Below, piece after piece: positions 10,202-20,448 of a stretch of DNA of 64,000 nucleotides. The position numbers and the translations under genes are program-made. The first letter of the stretch is position 1; every line of letters starts with the position of its first letter. The DNA comes from Thermoplasmatales archaeon (GTDB taxonomy: Archaea > Thermoplasmatota > Thermoplasmata > Thermoplasmatales > Thermoplasmataceae): positions 64,001 through 128,000 of the forward strand of contig DAIDBH010000018.1 of assembly GCA_027310185.1 (NCBI GenBank), given 5' to 3'. The notes under the pieces were generated by a model. That model saw only the letters and a list, made by a program, of their open reading frames with translations, had not been told where the DNA came from and searched no databases.

Positions 10202-10444
10202 TGTCCATGGATAGAAATCGGAAGGAAGGAAGATAACGCGGCTGAATTCTTAATAATGATCAATCACGGCCCAGAATCATCATCGATCGTTTCAACTAGA
10301 AACAGTGACTTCATGAAAATTGGAGGAAACGCTGAAGTTAAAAAAATGAACGGAAATAATATGGAGGTCCACTTCCCTCCTGGGGGTGTACTGGTGGTTA
10401 AGGGCAAGGGTGGAAAACAGAATAAAATTAGCTCAAAAAATTAA
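10202..10444 (+). pseudogene. C-terminal remnant of a divergent gene, possibly a GH42-type beta-galactosidase tail
   Basis: Open frame CPWIEIGRKEDNAAEFLIMINHG...PPGGVLVV begins at the GH1 breakpoint; family guess is inference. Confidence 0.4.
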
Positions 10445-11623
10445 TTACTTTCTGGAAGTCCTTAATGCAGGAATGTATCCCAGAACAGATATGGCAAAGA
10501 TGGGAAGAGTTGCCACTGCATCATAAAGCGAGAAGTAGTCTGCAACAAACAGTATACTGGCTAGGGAAAGAACACGACCTGCTACCAGGTAGTATTCCCT
10601 GTTGATCCAGAAGTGCCTAGTTTTCTTGAAACCATCCAGGAATTGCATGAATTCACTTACTCCCAGATTTGAAAGGGGTGTGATGAAGAACAGTATTATG
10701 GAAGATGCCAGGAATATTAACACAAGGGTGTATGAGAATCTCAGAATGTATGCAATGGATGAAAGTATCACCATAATTATGGCATAGGGTACGTAGTCCC
10801 TGACCTTTCTTTTCATATATGGAGCAATCACATTTGAAACGAATCCAACAGATGCCGTAACAGTTCCATATGCACCTGTGAGGACAAAGTTCCTGGTCAA
10901 ATAGAAAACATATACGGGAATCAGTGTACTCATTACCATTCCAAGAATTGAAGAGGCAAAGAACAGTATCCTGAATTTTCCATAGTCATTTTCCCTTATT
11001 ATTGTATTTTTTATGTGGAATTCTCCACCCTTTTCTCCACTTGATCTGACAAGAAGAGACACAAAGCCTGAAAGAAGGAGCAGCAGGGATGCAAGTAGAA
11101 AATCGTTAAGATACCTATCTATGCCGGTTGCAAGGGAATATGCAATGAGGACACCAGCAACAGAAGGCGCAACAAGTGAGGTCAGGCTTGATACGGCAGA
11201 ATTTATGGAAAGGAAGTTAAATCTCTTTATCGACCTGGATATTGCCAGCGTGAAAGTGGCATTGCCTGCCCAGAAAATTCCTGAGGAAATCCCATATAGA
11301 AGGCCAAAGTAGACGGCATTTCCAGAGAAAAACGGAGAAATAAACAGGCTTGAAATGACAGCTGCTTTCAGGAAGGTTCCAATGGAATAGAGGAATCTCG
11401 CACTAACATACGCAATGAGATATGTGCCCACAAGAAAGAATAATGTTTGAGAGATCTGAAGTGATATCTGGAAGTATATCACATCGCTGATGTTGTTTGA
11501 CGCAAAGAAGAGTACATTTATGAATATACCGAACAGCCCATTGGAAAATGAGAAAAATCCAAAAGAAACATAATACTTTAAAGGGTCAAGACCATACTTC
11601 TCTTCACTCCCCTCTGCGTTCAT
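10445..11623 (-). CDS. MFS transporter
   Basis: 392 aa, ~12 TM in two halves. Confidence 0.8.
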   Translation of the reverse strand: MNAEGSEEKYGLDPLKYYVSFGFFSFSNGLFGIFINVLFFASNNISDVIYFQISLQISQTLFFLVGTYLIAYVSARFLYSIGTFLKAAVISSLFISPFFSGNAVYFGLLYGISSGIFWAGNATFTLAISRSIKRFNFLSINSAVSSLTSLVAPSVAGVLIAYSLATGIDRYLNDFLLASLLLLLSGFVSLLVRSSGEKGGEFHIKNTIIRENDYGKFRILFFASSILGMVMSTLIPVYVFYLTRNFVLTGAYGTVTASVGFVSNVIAPYMKRKVRDYVPYAIIMVILSSIAYILRFSYTLVLIFLASSIILFFITPLSNLGVSEFMQFLDGFKKTRHFWINREYYLVAGRVLSLASILFVADYFSLYDAVATLPIFAISVLGYIPALRTSRK

Positions 11624-11742
11624 CTATTCATATCTCTTCCAATCCAATAACAAACCAGATTATATTCATTGCTCTATACTACTGTTCATAGTCGAAAAGT
11701 CACAAATTTTAAGGTAAAATACAAGAATGTCATTTGTTACTC

Positions 11743-12696
11743 ATGGAAATTTTATTACTTGGTGGAAATGGTTTTGGTTTTGTTCATGCAGAGAGTTACA
11801 GAAGGCTTGGATATGATTTCTCAGTGTTTTCAAGAAATGAGGAGGTGTTGAAGAGATACAGGGATGAATTCCATGTCAGGAAGACATATAACGATCTCAA
11901 TGAGGCAATGAACTCATCCCAGGATGTGGTTGATATGGTTATGCCACATTACATGCATAAAGACCTGGCAATCAGGGCCATGAAGAACCGAAAAAATGTA
12001 CTGATAGAAAAGCCAATTGCAGGTACCCTCGACGAAGCAAGTGAGATGATACTGGCGTCCAGGGAAAACAATGTGAAATTCATGGTAGCAGAACAGTATC
12101 ATTTTGATTCATCACTCAAGTATGCAATGGAATGTTCAAAGAATGGAGTTATTGGAAAGATCCATACGATAATTGTCAGGAGTCAGAACCAGTTCAATAA
12201 CCAGGGATGGAGAACAAGTGAAAAGATGATGGGCGGAGGTGCACTGATCGATGGTGGCATACATTTCATTGAAGCGCTTCTGGATCTTGGTGGAGAATAT
12301 GAGGATATAGATTCAAGGGTCTATAAGGGTAAATCTTCCATTGAGGGTGAGGACAACACCGCATCGCTGATCAAATTCAGGACTGGAGTCACAGGCATTT
12401 TCTACTATTCGTGGAACTATATCTCACCTCCAGAGGTTCCTTCATATGAGGTCATAGGTACCGATGGGAGTGTCTATGAATACAGGGGTAACAGGAAAGC
12501 AAATCAACCAAGAACTGCCTTTGGTCTTCCAGTGCTCAATGGAAAGTTGCAGGAAATTAAGGAAGTTGATGTATTTGATGCTGAAATATCTGGATTCCTT
12601 GAGGCAGTTGATAAAAATGAGGATGTTCCATATTCACCAGAACTGGCTAAGAGGAACCTCGGGACTGTGCTTGAAATGTATAAAAATTACAGGTAA
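11743..12696 (+). CDS. Gfo/Idh/MocA family oxidoreductase
   Basis: GGNGFG, IEKP, GGGALIDGGIH. Confidence 0.92.
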   Translation: MEILLLGGNGFGFVHAESYRRLGYDFSVFSRNEEVLKRYRDEFHVRKTYNDLNEAMNSSQDVVDMVMPHYMHKDLAIRAMKNRKNVLIEKPIAGTLDEASEMILASRENNVKFMVAEQYHFDSSLKYAMECSKNGVIGKIHTIIVRSQNQFNNQGWRTSEKMMGGGALIDGGIHFIEALLDLGGEYEDIDSRVYKGKSSIEGEDNTASLIKFRTGVTGIFYYSWNYISPPEVPSYEVIGTDGSVYEYRGNRKANQPRTAFGLPVLNGKLQEIKEVDVFDAEISGFLEAVDKNEDVPYSPELAKRNLGTVLEMYKNYR

Positions 12697-12744
12697 TGTC
12701 CATTCTATCATGGAGAACGGATTATCCTTCTAATTTTTCAGGTA

Positions 12745-13983
12745 TTAAACATTGAATCTTGAAGGGGAGAACAATTTAAATTCATCAGGAATTGTCTTCC
12801 CATCCATAAGAACAGATATCAGTCTTCCCATTTCACCAGAATGCATCACTCCCTGCCTGCAGTTACCGGTAGCCCAGTAAAGATTTACAAATCTTGAAGA
12901 TCTTCCAAGAATGGCCAGGCTGTCAGGCGTGCACGGTCTCATTCCTGAACTTTTACTTGCAGGTTCTATCCCTTCAAGGAATCTGAATTTTTCGCTCATG
13001 ACCTTCTTCAGGTATTCAAAGCGTTCCACTGGTGGCTTGAATGCCTGTCCCCTGAATTCGAAGAAGCTTGTTGCCTTGAGACTGTTGCCCATTGGTATTG
13101 CATATACACCATCCTCGCTAAATTCAACAGGCATGTGAGGCTTTTCCTTTACATCATCATATGTAATACTGTGACCCCACCCAGGGGCCAGTGGTAGTTT
13201 CAATCCAAACATGGATGCAATTACAGTACTCCCCATCCCGGAGGAGACAAGAAATTCATCCCCCTTCACAGTTTCTCCATAAGAAACAATATGTTTTATT
13301 GAATCACTATTCATTTCTACTTTTTCAATATCCTTCTCTATTACCTCAACACCAGATTCCCTGTTGATTCTCCTCATCTCGCTGAGCAGTTTTCTCGGAT
13401 TGAGTGAGGATTCCTCCGGGTAGTAGATGCCAGATAGTGTGTTCGTTCCAAGGGCAGGCTCTTTTTCAATACATTGTTCAGGTGAAAGAACTTCATATTT
13501 GACAGTTCCATCTTTCTTCAACTCTTGCGAAATCTTTGTCATTTCTTCAATGTTCCTGAAGGTTTGCAACAATCCAGTATGTATAATGTCAACATTCATA
13601 TGGTGATTCTCCACAAACTCATTGAGGATTTCCATTGTCCCAGTTGTCAGCATATACTGGCTCTTCTTTCCACTTTCAGACAATATTTTCTGTCTGCTTC
13701 TTGAATATGCGGAAAACCATGACAAATTAGCCAGCATGAATCCCATTCCGAGCCTAACAGGGGATTCTCTCCTGAATAGCCATTTCATGTTGCCTTTCAA
13801 TCCCTCATATTCCGGAAGAGGAAAACTTAAACCTGGCCCAACAAGTCCAGCACTTGACCATGCAGCTGAATTACTGATATCCCTGCCTGCAAACCACTTT
13901 ACATTGTTACCATTCTTCCTGAGAAAATATGAGGAAAAGGCTCCAACAGGTCCGCCCCCAACAACAACTATATCTTTATTCAA
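12745..13983 (-). CDS. FAD-dependent D-amino acid dehydrogenase-like oxidoreductase
   Basis: VVGGGPVG, GMRPCTPDSLAILG, C-terminal FSPSRF. Confidence 0.88.
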   Translation of the reverse strand: MNKDIVVVGGGPVGAFSSYFLRKNGNNVKWFAGRDISNSAAWSSAGLVGPGLSFPLPEYEGLKGNMKWLFRRESPVRLGMGFMLANLSWFSAYSRSRQKILSESGKKSQYMLTTGTMEILNEFVENHHMNVDIIHTGLLQTFRNIEEMTKISQELKKDGTVKYEVLSPEQCIEKEPALGTNTLSGIYYPEESSLNPRKLLSEMRRINRESGVEVIEKDIEKVEMNSDSIKHIVSYGETVKGDEFLVSSGMGSTVIASMFGLKLPLAPGWGHSITYDDVKEKPHMPVEFSEDGVYAIPMGNSLKATSFFEFRGQAFKPPVERFEYLKKVMSEKFRFLEGIEPASKSSGMRPCTPDSLAILGRSSRFVNLYWATGNCRQGVMHSGEMGRLISVLMDGKTIPDEFKLFSPSRFNV

Positions 13984-14196
13984 TTTGAAAACGAGATCAA
14001 TTGCCTAATTAAGCTTTTTGAAAAGAGAAGAACATCATGGGTCAACCACTTCATGGGCATAAAGTAGGTTATTAATTCGTATCTGCTATATATTACCATT
14101 ACTATTAATTAGGTTCTGTATCTCTATATATTTTATATATACTATTAAGAAAATCTATAAGGAAAATCATGCAATCTACATTTATTGGGAAGTGAG

Positions 14197-15708
14197 ATGG
14201 AAAACAATATTTTGGGTGGCCTTGATAATTCCGGATTGAGAAAAGGGCATGTAAAGACAATGTTTGTGGCTGGTATGGGTTTTTTCACAGATGCCTACCT
14301 GCTTTTCGTTCTTACAGTAGCAAGTCCAATACTCGCATCTACCTACGGCTTCAACCTTATTGCAATAAAGGGCACGACAAATCTTCTCGGCTTTCAGGTT
14401 CTCAACATCCAGATCATAGAAGGGTTGATATCATCAGCAGTACTTTTTGGAGCATTCTTTGGTGCCCTTATTTTCGGGCATATTTCAGATATGTATGGCA
14501 GGAAGAAGATATATGGCCTGGAACTTAGCATCATGATCATTTTCACCATTCTCTCCGCTGTTTCACTTAATTATCTAATGCTCATAATAACAAGATTCAT
14601 TGTAGGTATAGGTGTGGGAGGAGACTACCCGATCAGTTCAACAATAATGAGCGAGTATTCAAGCAGTAAGCACAGGGGAAAACTGGTCAGCATGGTTTTT
14701 GCCATGCAGGGATTTGGGCTTGTATCAGGAGCTCTGGTAGGTCTTGGATCAATTTACATACTCCCAATAGCCGATTCATGGAGATTAATGCTAGCTTTCG
14801 GTGCAATACCGGCAATATATGTTGTATACCTTAGAAGAAAATTGATGGAAACTCCAAGGTTCTCACTTCAGATAGAGGGAAACAAGGGTGCTGCTGAAAG
14901 GGCAATATCTACAATAACCGGTGTTGGCAATGAGGACGAGGCGGAAAAGTCACCTCAAAGAATTAAGAAGATGACAAACAAGGACTACATGCATTCACTC
15001 AGGAAGTATTTACTTTTCCTAGTTGGAACCACCATTTCATGGTTCATTTTCGATATGGCATTTTACGGAACAACACTGAATAATGGATTCATACTCCAGC
15101 AGATTGGATATGGGTCATCCACTTCACTCAGGACTACAATATTCAACACTGCCATAGGAGATACAATACTTGCCGGTGCTTTCGCACTTCCGGGCTACTG
15201 GATCGCTGTTGGCCTTATAGACAGGGCGGGAAGAAGACTCCTTCAGTGGATAGGATTTGCGGTGATGGCTGTTGCCTACATTATACTTGGTCTTGAATAC
15301 TCATTTCTCAAGTCTGATATAGATCTGTTCATCATGATTTTTGGTGTTTCATACCTGTTCGGAAACATAGGTCCAAACACCACAACATTCATTCTCCCAA
15401 CAGAACTCTTCCCCACATCTATCAGATCTACAGCACATGGAATAGCAGCATCAATTGCAAAACTTGGAGCTGGAATATTCACATTCCTTTTCCTTATACT
15501 GGGAACAGCACTTGGAAATGGTGGTGAATTCGAGTTACTTGGAGCCATGGCAGCAATTGGAGCAGTTGTAACATTGCTGACGATCCGTGAAACAAAGGGA
15601 TTGAGTCTGGAGGTTGCTTCAGAGGTACCATCAGAAGGTGTCTGGAACTTCAAGCCAAATGAGAAAACGACGGTCGAAAAGGCAAGAAAAACAACTAAAA
15701 TCAATTAA
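14197..15708 (+). CDS. MFS transporter, phosphate:H+ symporter (Pho84-like) family
   Basis: GMGFFTDAY, GVGGDYPISSTIMSE, GPNTTTFILPTELFPT. Confidence 0.88.
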   Translation: MENNILGGLDNSGLRKGHVKTMFVAGMGFFTDAYLLFVLTVASPILASTYGFNLIAIKGTTNLLGFQVLNIQIIEGLISSAVLFGAFFGALIFGHISDMYGRKKIYGLELSIMIIFTILSAVSLNYLMLIITRFIVGIGVGGDYPISSTIMSEYSSSKHRGKLVSMVFAMQGFGLVSGALVGLGSIYILPIADSWRLMLAFGAIPAIYVVYLRRKLMETPRFSLQIEGNKGAAERAISTITGVGNEDEAEKSPQRIKKMTNKDYMHSLRKYLLFLVGTTISWFIFDMAFYGTTLNNGFILQQIGYGSSTSLRTTIFNTAIGDTILAGAFALPGYWIAVGLIDRAGRRLLQWIGFAVMAVAYIILGLEYSFLKSDIDLFIMIFGVSYLFGNIGPNTTTFILPTELFPTSIRSTAHGIAASIAKLGAGIFTFLFLILGTALGNGGEFELLGAMAAIGAVVTLLTIRETKGLSLEVASEVPSEGVWNFKPNEKTTVEKARKTTKIN

Positions 15709-15900
15709 AATTTTCTATATAAAACTCTACTGCACGTATTGAGAGATATAAGAAATTCTATATATTCATCATAATTTTTTTCATAATATTTCAGGACTTA
15801 TAATATCCTAAGAATTCTTCATTTACAGGCTTAAAATCCACTGTTCGGTCTATATTCCACAACAGGAAATTTCTATATATTGTAACCATATGTGCATTTA

Positions 15901-16335
15901 ATGAAACCCTTCAAGCTTGACCAGCTCGATTTGGATATTATCGAGATACTGGAGGAGGACTGTTCACTGACCTATAATGAGATTGCAGAAAGAACAGGCA
16001 AAAATCTCTGGACAGTAAGGGATAGGATGGCATTATTAAAACAGAGGGGTATATTAAAGGGATGCAGGGGAGATATAGATTACACAAAGCTTGGCATGGG
16101 TTGTAAGGCATACATATCGTTCAATATCCAGGCTGAAAAAATAGATGAATTTGTATCCTTTGTAAGGAGAGAAAAGAGAATAAAGAAACTCATAATCACA
16201 ACAGGATCAAGGAGGTTCAGTATACAGATTGTTGGAGAAGAGTGTGGTGAAATAAGGAATTACGCAAGAAGCATCCTTCCAACATATGGTGTATATGATG
16301 TGGACTTTGAAGTCATACTGGATGAAGTACCCTAA
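15901..16335 (+). CDS. Lrp/AsnC family transcriptional regulator
   Basis: LDQLDLDII...TYNEIAERTG HTH, IDYTKLG linker, RAM-like C-domain. Confidence 0.9.
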   Translation: MKPFKLDQLDLDIIEILEEDCSLTYNEIAERTGKNLWTVRDRMALLKQRGILKGCRGDIDYTKLGMGCKAYISFNIQAEKIDEFVSFVRREKRIKKLIITTGSRRFSIQIVGEECGEIRNYARSILPTYGVYDVDFEVILDEVP

Positions 16336-16457
16336 GCATACGAAGGTAGCTAAGGATTTAAACGTTTTCTAGACCGGCACAATTTTTGTTGAAAATCGAT
16401 CCAATATGAAATTTTTTTGCCAGACATTACTTAATATAATCGACACATCCTTTCATC

Positions 16458-17180
16458 ATGACAGATGAAATGGAAGAAATAGAAAGATTTGCAAAGTCCA
16501 CTCTAGGAGGGATGCCAGAAGTGATAAAGCTTCTCGGTCATCACAACGTAGAACTGGCCAAGGAGCAGTTCAGGGAGAACACTGAAATGTATCTTGGGAG
16601 AAAGAGCATTCCGAAAAAGACACTGGCTCTTATGGCAATGTCCGTGTCACTATCAAATGGACAGGAAAACTCTGCCATGGTACATTTCAAGCTTGCACGG
16701 AACTTTGGGGCAGAAATGTTGGAGATACTTGACTCCATAAAAATTGCAAAAATGGTTGTAATGGCATCAACAATGTCAGTAATGAATGCAATATTGCCAG
16801 TGGTGCAGAATAAGAACGGAAAGGCAGCAGAGGATATTGAAATAAAGAAGATACTGGGAAAGATCCAATCAGAATCACATATGGATTCTCTTCCAGATGA
16901 CCTTGTTTCCCTCTCTTCAGTTTCATTTGGGCTACTTGAAGAGCATCTGAAGGAAAAGGCGGAGTTACTTTCACCATTTGTTATGAGCCAGAAGGATGTC
17001 TTCCTCGTAGCATTTGCCGATGCTGTTTCCATAAGGTACCCGGAATGTGCAAAGGTGTATCTAACGCAGTTCTTCATGAAAGGAGGAACAGAGAAAGAGA
17101 TGGAAGATGCACTGTTTCTTACGAGATTCATAACAGGGAACAGAACCCTGACTTCAGCTGTGGGGATACTTAAATGGTAA
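16458..17180 (+). CDS. Tandem CMD/AhpD-like domain protein
   Basis: Two repeats (IPKKTLALMAMSVS...H..ARNFGAEMLEI; MSQKDVFLVAFADAV...GGTEKEM); no CxxC. Confidence 0.7.
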   Translation: MTDEMEEIERFAKSTLGGMPEVIKLLGHHNVELAKEQFRENTEMYLGRKSIPKKTLALMAMSVSLSNGQENSAMVHFKLARNFGAEMLEILDSIKIAKMVVMASTMSVMNAILPVVQNKNGKAAEDIEIKKILGKIQSESHMDSLPDDLVSLSSVSFGLLEEHLKEKAELLSPFVMSQKDVFLVAFADAVSIRYPECAKVYLTQFFMKGGTEKEMEDALFLTRFITGNRTLTSAVGILKW

Positions 17181-17208
17181 ACTACAATCTTGTTCATATA
17201 AGGGAGGA

Positions 17209-18279
17209 ATGAAGATGAGAAAAAGTACACTAAACCTGTTCGGTTCAGAATGGTTCGGAATGGCCATATCAACACTTGCACTGGCCCAGATATATATTCT
17301 TGCCTTTGGAGAAACAGGAGATATCTGGTATAATTATCTTGCCGAGGGGCTTTCCATTTTAGGGATAATTATATTTCTGGTAATTCTCACCATATGGATC
17401 ATAAGAGGGCTGGCCATAAGAGACAAGGTATTTACACACTGGAATAATCTTACACGGCTGAGTTTTGTGGCCCTCATTCCAATCACAGGATTTGTGGCTA
17501 ATTATCAGCTAATATATTTCTTCGGTCTCACAGGATTGACTGCAGATCTATCTGCCCTGAACTTCTATGGAGAATATTTCTTCGCACTCATTCTTGGGGT
17601 CCTCCTTGGCTACAGATTATACACAAAGGAAATCAACCCAAGGGAAATGAACTATGCAATTGTGATCCCACCACTGGCAATAGGAACAAGCGTCTTTCTC
17701 GCTACTCCTCTCATGAAGTACTTTGGAGGTTTTGAAGCACAAACCATGTATTTTCTTGTCCTGATGGGACTTGGTATATTCTTCTTCCTGTACATATTCA
17801 TAGGTTCACTTGCATTATCCGGGCATGTAGCCACAAAGGTTCATGACTCTCTTCCAACAACAATGCTTCCGGTGGGAATCTCAAGCCTGATAATCATAAA
17901 CCTTTTCACAATTTCAGGTTTCAGTGTGATCGGCAATATCTCTCTCTCAGCAACAACAGTTGAACTCGTTTCCATACTGCTATGGGGATTTGAAGTCTGG
18001 AACTTCCTGGTAGTCCTAATATTGATATTCACCAAGCCCTCAAGAGGGACACTGGGTGTATGGGCCTATGGGTTTCCTCTTGGCCTCTTTGCAACATCCA
18101 CAATAAAGATATTTGGTTTCACGAGTTACTCTGCACTGCTCTGGGCCTTCGTAGGGATATCAGCTGCACTGAATATACTGTGGGTTTATGCATGGATCAA
18201 TACCGCCTTATTCATGAGATCGAAGTTGAGGGAAGAAGTAAGGGAAAAAAGAGCAACTGTGTCAGGAAGAATGGAATGA
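17209..18279 (+). CDS. TDT/SLAC1 family anion channel (tellurite/dicarboxylate/sulfite efflux type)
   Basis: WFGMAIST N-motif, WAYGFPLG motif, ~10 TM. Confidence 0.85.
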   Translation: MKMRKSTLNLFGSEWFGMAISTLALAQIYILAFGETGDIWYNYLAEGLSILGIIIFLVILTIWIIRGLAIRDKVFTHWNNLTRLSFVALIPITGFVANYQLIYFFGLTGLTADLSALNFYGEYFFALILGVLLGYRLYTKEINPREMNYAIVIPPLAIGTSVFLATPLMKYFGGFEAQTMYFLVLMGLGIFFFLYIFIGSLALSGHVATKVHDSLPTTMLPVGISSLIIINLFTISGFSVIGNISLSATTVELVSILLWGFEVWNFLVVLILIFTKPSRGTLGVWAYGFPLGLFATSTIKIFGFTSYSALLWAFVGISAALNILWVYAWINTALFMRSKLREEVREKRATVSGRME

Positions 18280-18390
18280 AGTCCATCTTTCTATACTATT
18301 TATGCATCTAATGCCAATATTGATTTGAAAAATTTTAAAATTAAGGGTTACTGGAAAATTGTAAATTTGCAGGTTTAAAAATTTTTATTC

Positions 18391-19839
18391 TTATTTCATT
18401 CCAGTTTTTGCACTCATCGCATTATCCGCAAGAAGAGAATTCTCACCTGATATCTGATCCAGATCAAGTCTCTTGGGTTCAGGCAGGAGAGTAACTGTTA
18501 ATATCAAACCCAGCACTGAGAGAAATGCCAGTATAAGGAATAGACCCGACTCACCGATGGATGAGGAAATTATTATGACATTCAGGAAAGTTCCTATAAA
18601 CGCCCCAGTTTTTCCACCAGCTGCCGATGCCCCTGATCCAAATCCCCGCACTTTTGTTGGGAATACTTCCGGTGGGTAGATGAATGTAGTTACATTTGGG
18701 CCGAATTCTATGAAGAAGTAACTTATTCCATATACTGCAAGGAACTCAGCCACGTAAGAAGCTGAAAGTAACTGGTGGAATATTCCGAGTATTGCAAAAC
18801 TGATTGCCATCGCTGTAAATCCAATGATCTGGATAGGCTTCCTTCCGATCCTGTCTATTGTAAACGTGGCCAGCCAGTATCCAGGAAGGGCTGCTAAACC
18901 GAAAATCAATGCACTGTATTCTGTGGTAGTTATGAGATGATGCAATCCAGTTACTGATGCTGGAACTAAAACTGAAAGCATTGTGTTTGACATTATGGAG
19001 TTTCCATACAGAGCCCAGTCCATGAGAAACCAGGATCCCGCAGTTCCAAGGAGTGTAAGAAGGAATTTTCTCTGCTTTAATATTTCTGTCCATGATTCTC
19101 TAACAGTTTCTGTGGTTGCGTCTGCTGTTGCAGATATGCCTGTATATTTCTTCCAGTTCTTAGTTGCACCCTGTGCATCTCCCTTAACCCTGAGAAGGTA
19201 TCTTGGTGTTTCTGGCATCCTTCTCCTGTAGTATATCACTGACATAGCAGGAATTGCACCGAATGCCAGAAGAAGCTTCCAGACAAGTCCGAGATTCATT
19301 CCAGAGTATATCAGTCCCAGTGAAATAAGAGGGCCAGCAAGAAGTCCCAGTGACTGCATGGAGAAAACCATTCCAACAAGTTTGCCTCTGCTCTTTGTGT
19401 TTGAATACTCTGCCATGATGGTGGAACTTGTTGCGTAATCTCCTCCTATTCCTATTCCAAGGATAAATCTCCATATGATCAGTATATACACTCCATTTAT
19501 TGGAGTCAGGAATGCACTTCCAAGAGCACCAACAACCAGGATTACAAGCTCCAGGCCATAAATGGCTTTTCTCCCGAGCTTATCCAGAAGCCTTCCAAAT
19601 ATAAGTGCTCCGATAACTGCAGATAACAGTGCCGTGGAATCAAGGAGTGATGACTCCAGGGTGGAGAACTGAGTCCATCCAGAAAGGACCAGAATACTTG
19701 TTACCACACCTATAATAAAAAGATCATAAGCATCGGTAAAAAAACCAAGACCAGATATCAACCACGTTTTGTAGTGAAAGCTGGTAGTCTTTGTATCATT
19801 TATAGACTCTATCAAGTCTTTTTTTGTTTCGGTATCCAT
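18391..19839 (-). CDS. MFS transporter, phosphate:H+ symporter (Pho84-like) family
   Basis: GLGFFTDAYDLF, GIGGDY, GPNVTTFIYPPEVFPT; likely start ATG 19839. Confidence 0.9.
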   Translation of the reverse strand: MDTETKKDLIESINDTKTTSFHYKTWLISGLGFFTDAYDLFIIGVVTSILVLSGWTQFSTLESSLLDSTALLSAVIGALIFGRLLDKLGRKAIYGLELVILVVGALGSAFLTPINGVYILIIWRFILGIGIGGDYATSSTIMAEYSNTKSRGKLVGMVFSMQSLGLLAGPLISLGLIYSGMNLGLVWKLLLAFGAIPAMSVIYYRRRMPETPRYLLRVKGDAQGATKNWKKYTGISATADATTETVRESWTEILKQRKFLLTLLGTAGSWFLMDWALYGNSIMSNTMLSVLVPASVTGLHHLITTTEYSALIFGLAALPGYWLATFTIDRIGRKPIQIIGFTAMAISFAILGIFHQLLSASYVAEFLAVYGISYFFIEFGPNVTTFIYPPEVFPTKVRGFGSGASAAGGKTGAFIGTFLNVIIISSSIGESGLFLILAFLSVLGLILTVTLLPEPKRLDLDQISGENSLLADNAMSAKTGMK

Positions 19840-20179
19840 ACCATATGGATCAGTGAGAGGATAAGCATAATGATTTTCTGCATAAAATATAATCTTCAAT
19901 ATAGGTGTATATATTATAAATAAGCCGTGCCACAATTCAAAAGAGGTTTTATGAATCTTACTTGAAAGTGATTACCTCCTATCCCACGTTATTAATACCT
20001 GTATCCTGTTATTGTAAAATATCAAGTTACCTGATTTCTGCTATTAATACTTATAAACAATCGATTACCGGGATTCACTATACAGAGTTTAGGTCAATAG
20101 TATTTACTTTATTGATCTTATTGAAATATTTTGAACCACCTACAAAGCTTGACATTACGTTTTTAGAGTTTAAATGGAA

Positions 20180-20251
<72 letters not shown>

Positions 20252-20448
20252 TCGTGTCTGAATGTGATTATAGATAATTAGTTTTTTTATCAATGTCATC
20301 TATTTTATGTATTGAGTTAGGTTGGGATTTTCATTAATATAATTCACATCTACATGATCTTTCTTAACACATAAAATATTAAACAATCGTAGGATAATTT
20401 GTATATATCATTCATCTACAATTTTATATTGAATTGATATGCACATCA

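Noticed and set aside
9727-10263. 178-aa ORF as an intact small glycosidase
   Set aside because: The N-terminal ~21 codons are antisense sequence of another remnant; the acid/base motif is missing
16541-17281. 246-aa antisense ORF
   Set aside because: Shadow of the CMD gene; Ser/Phe-rich with no motif
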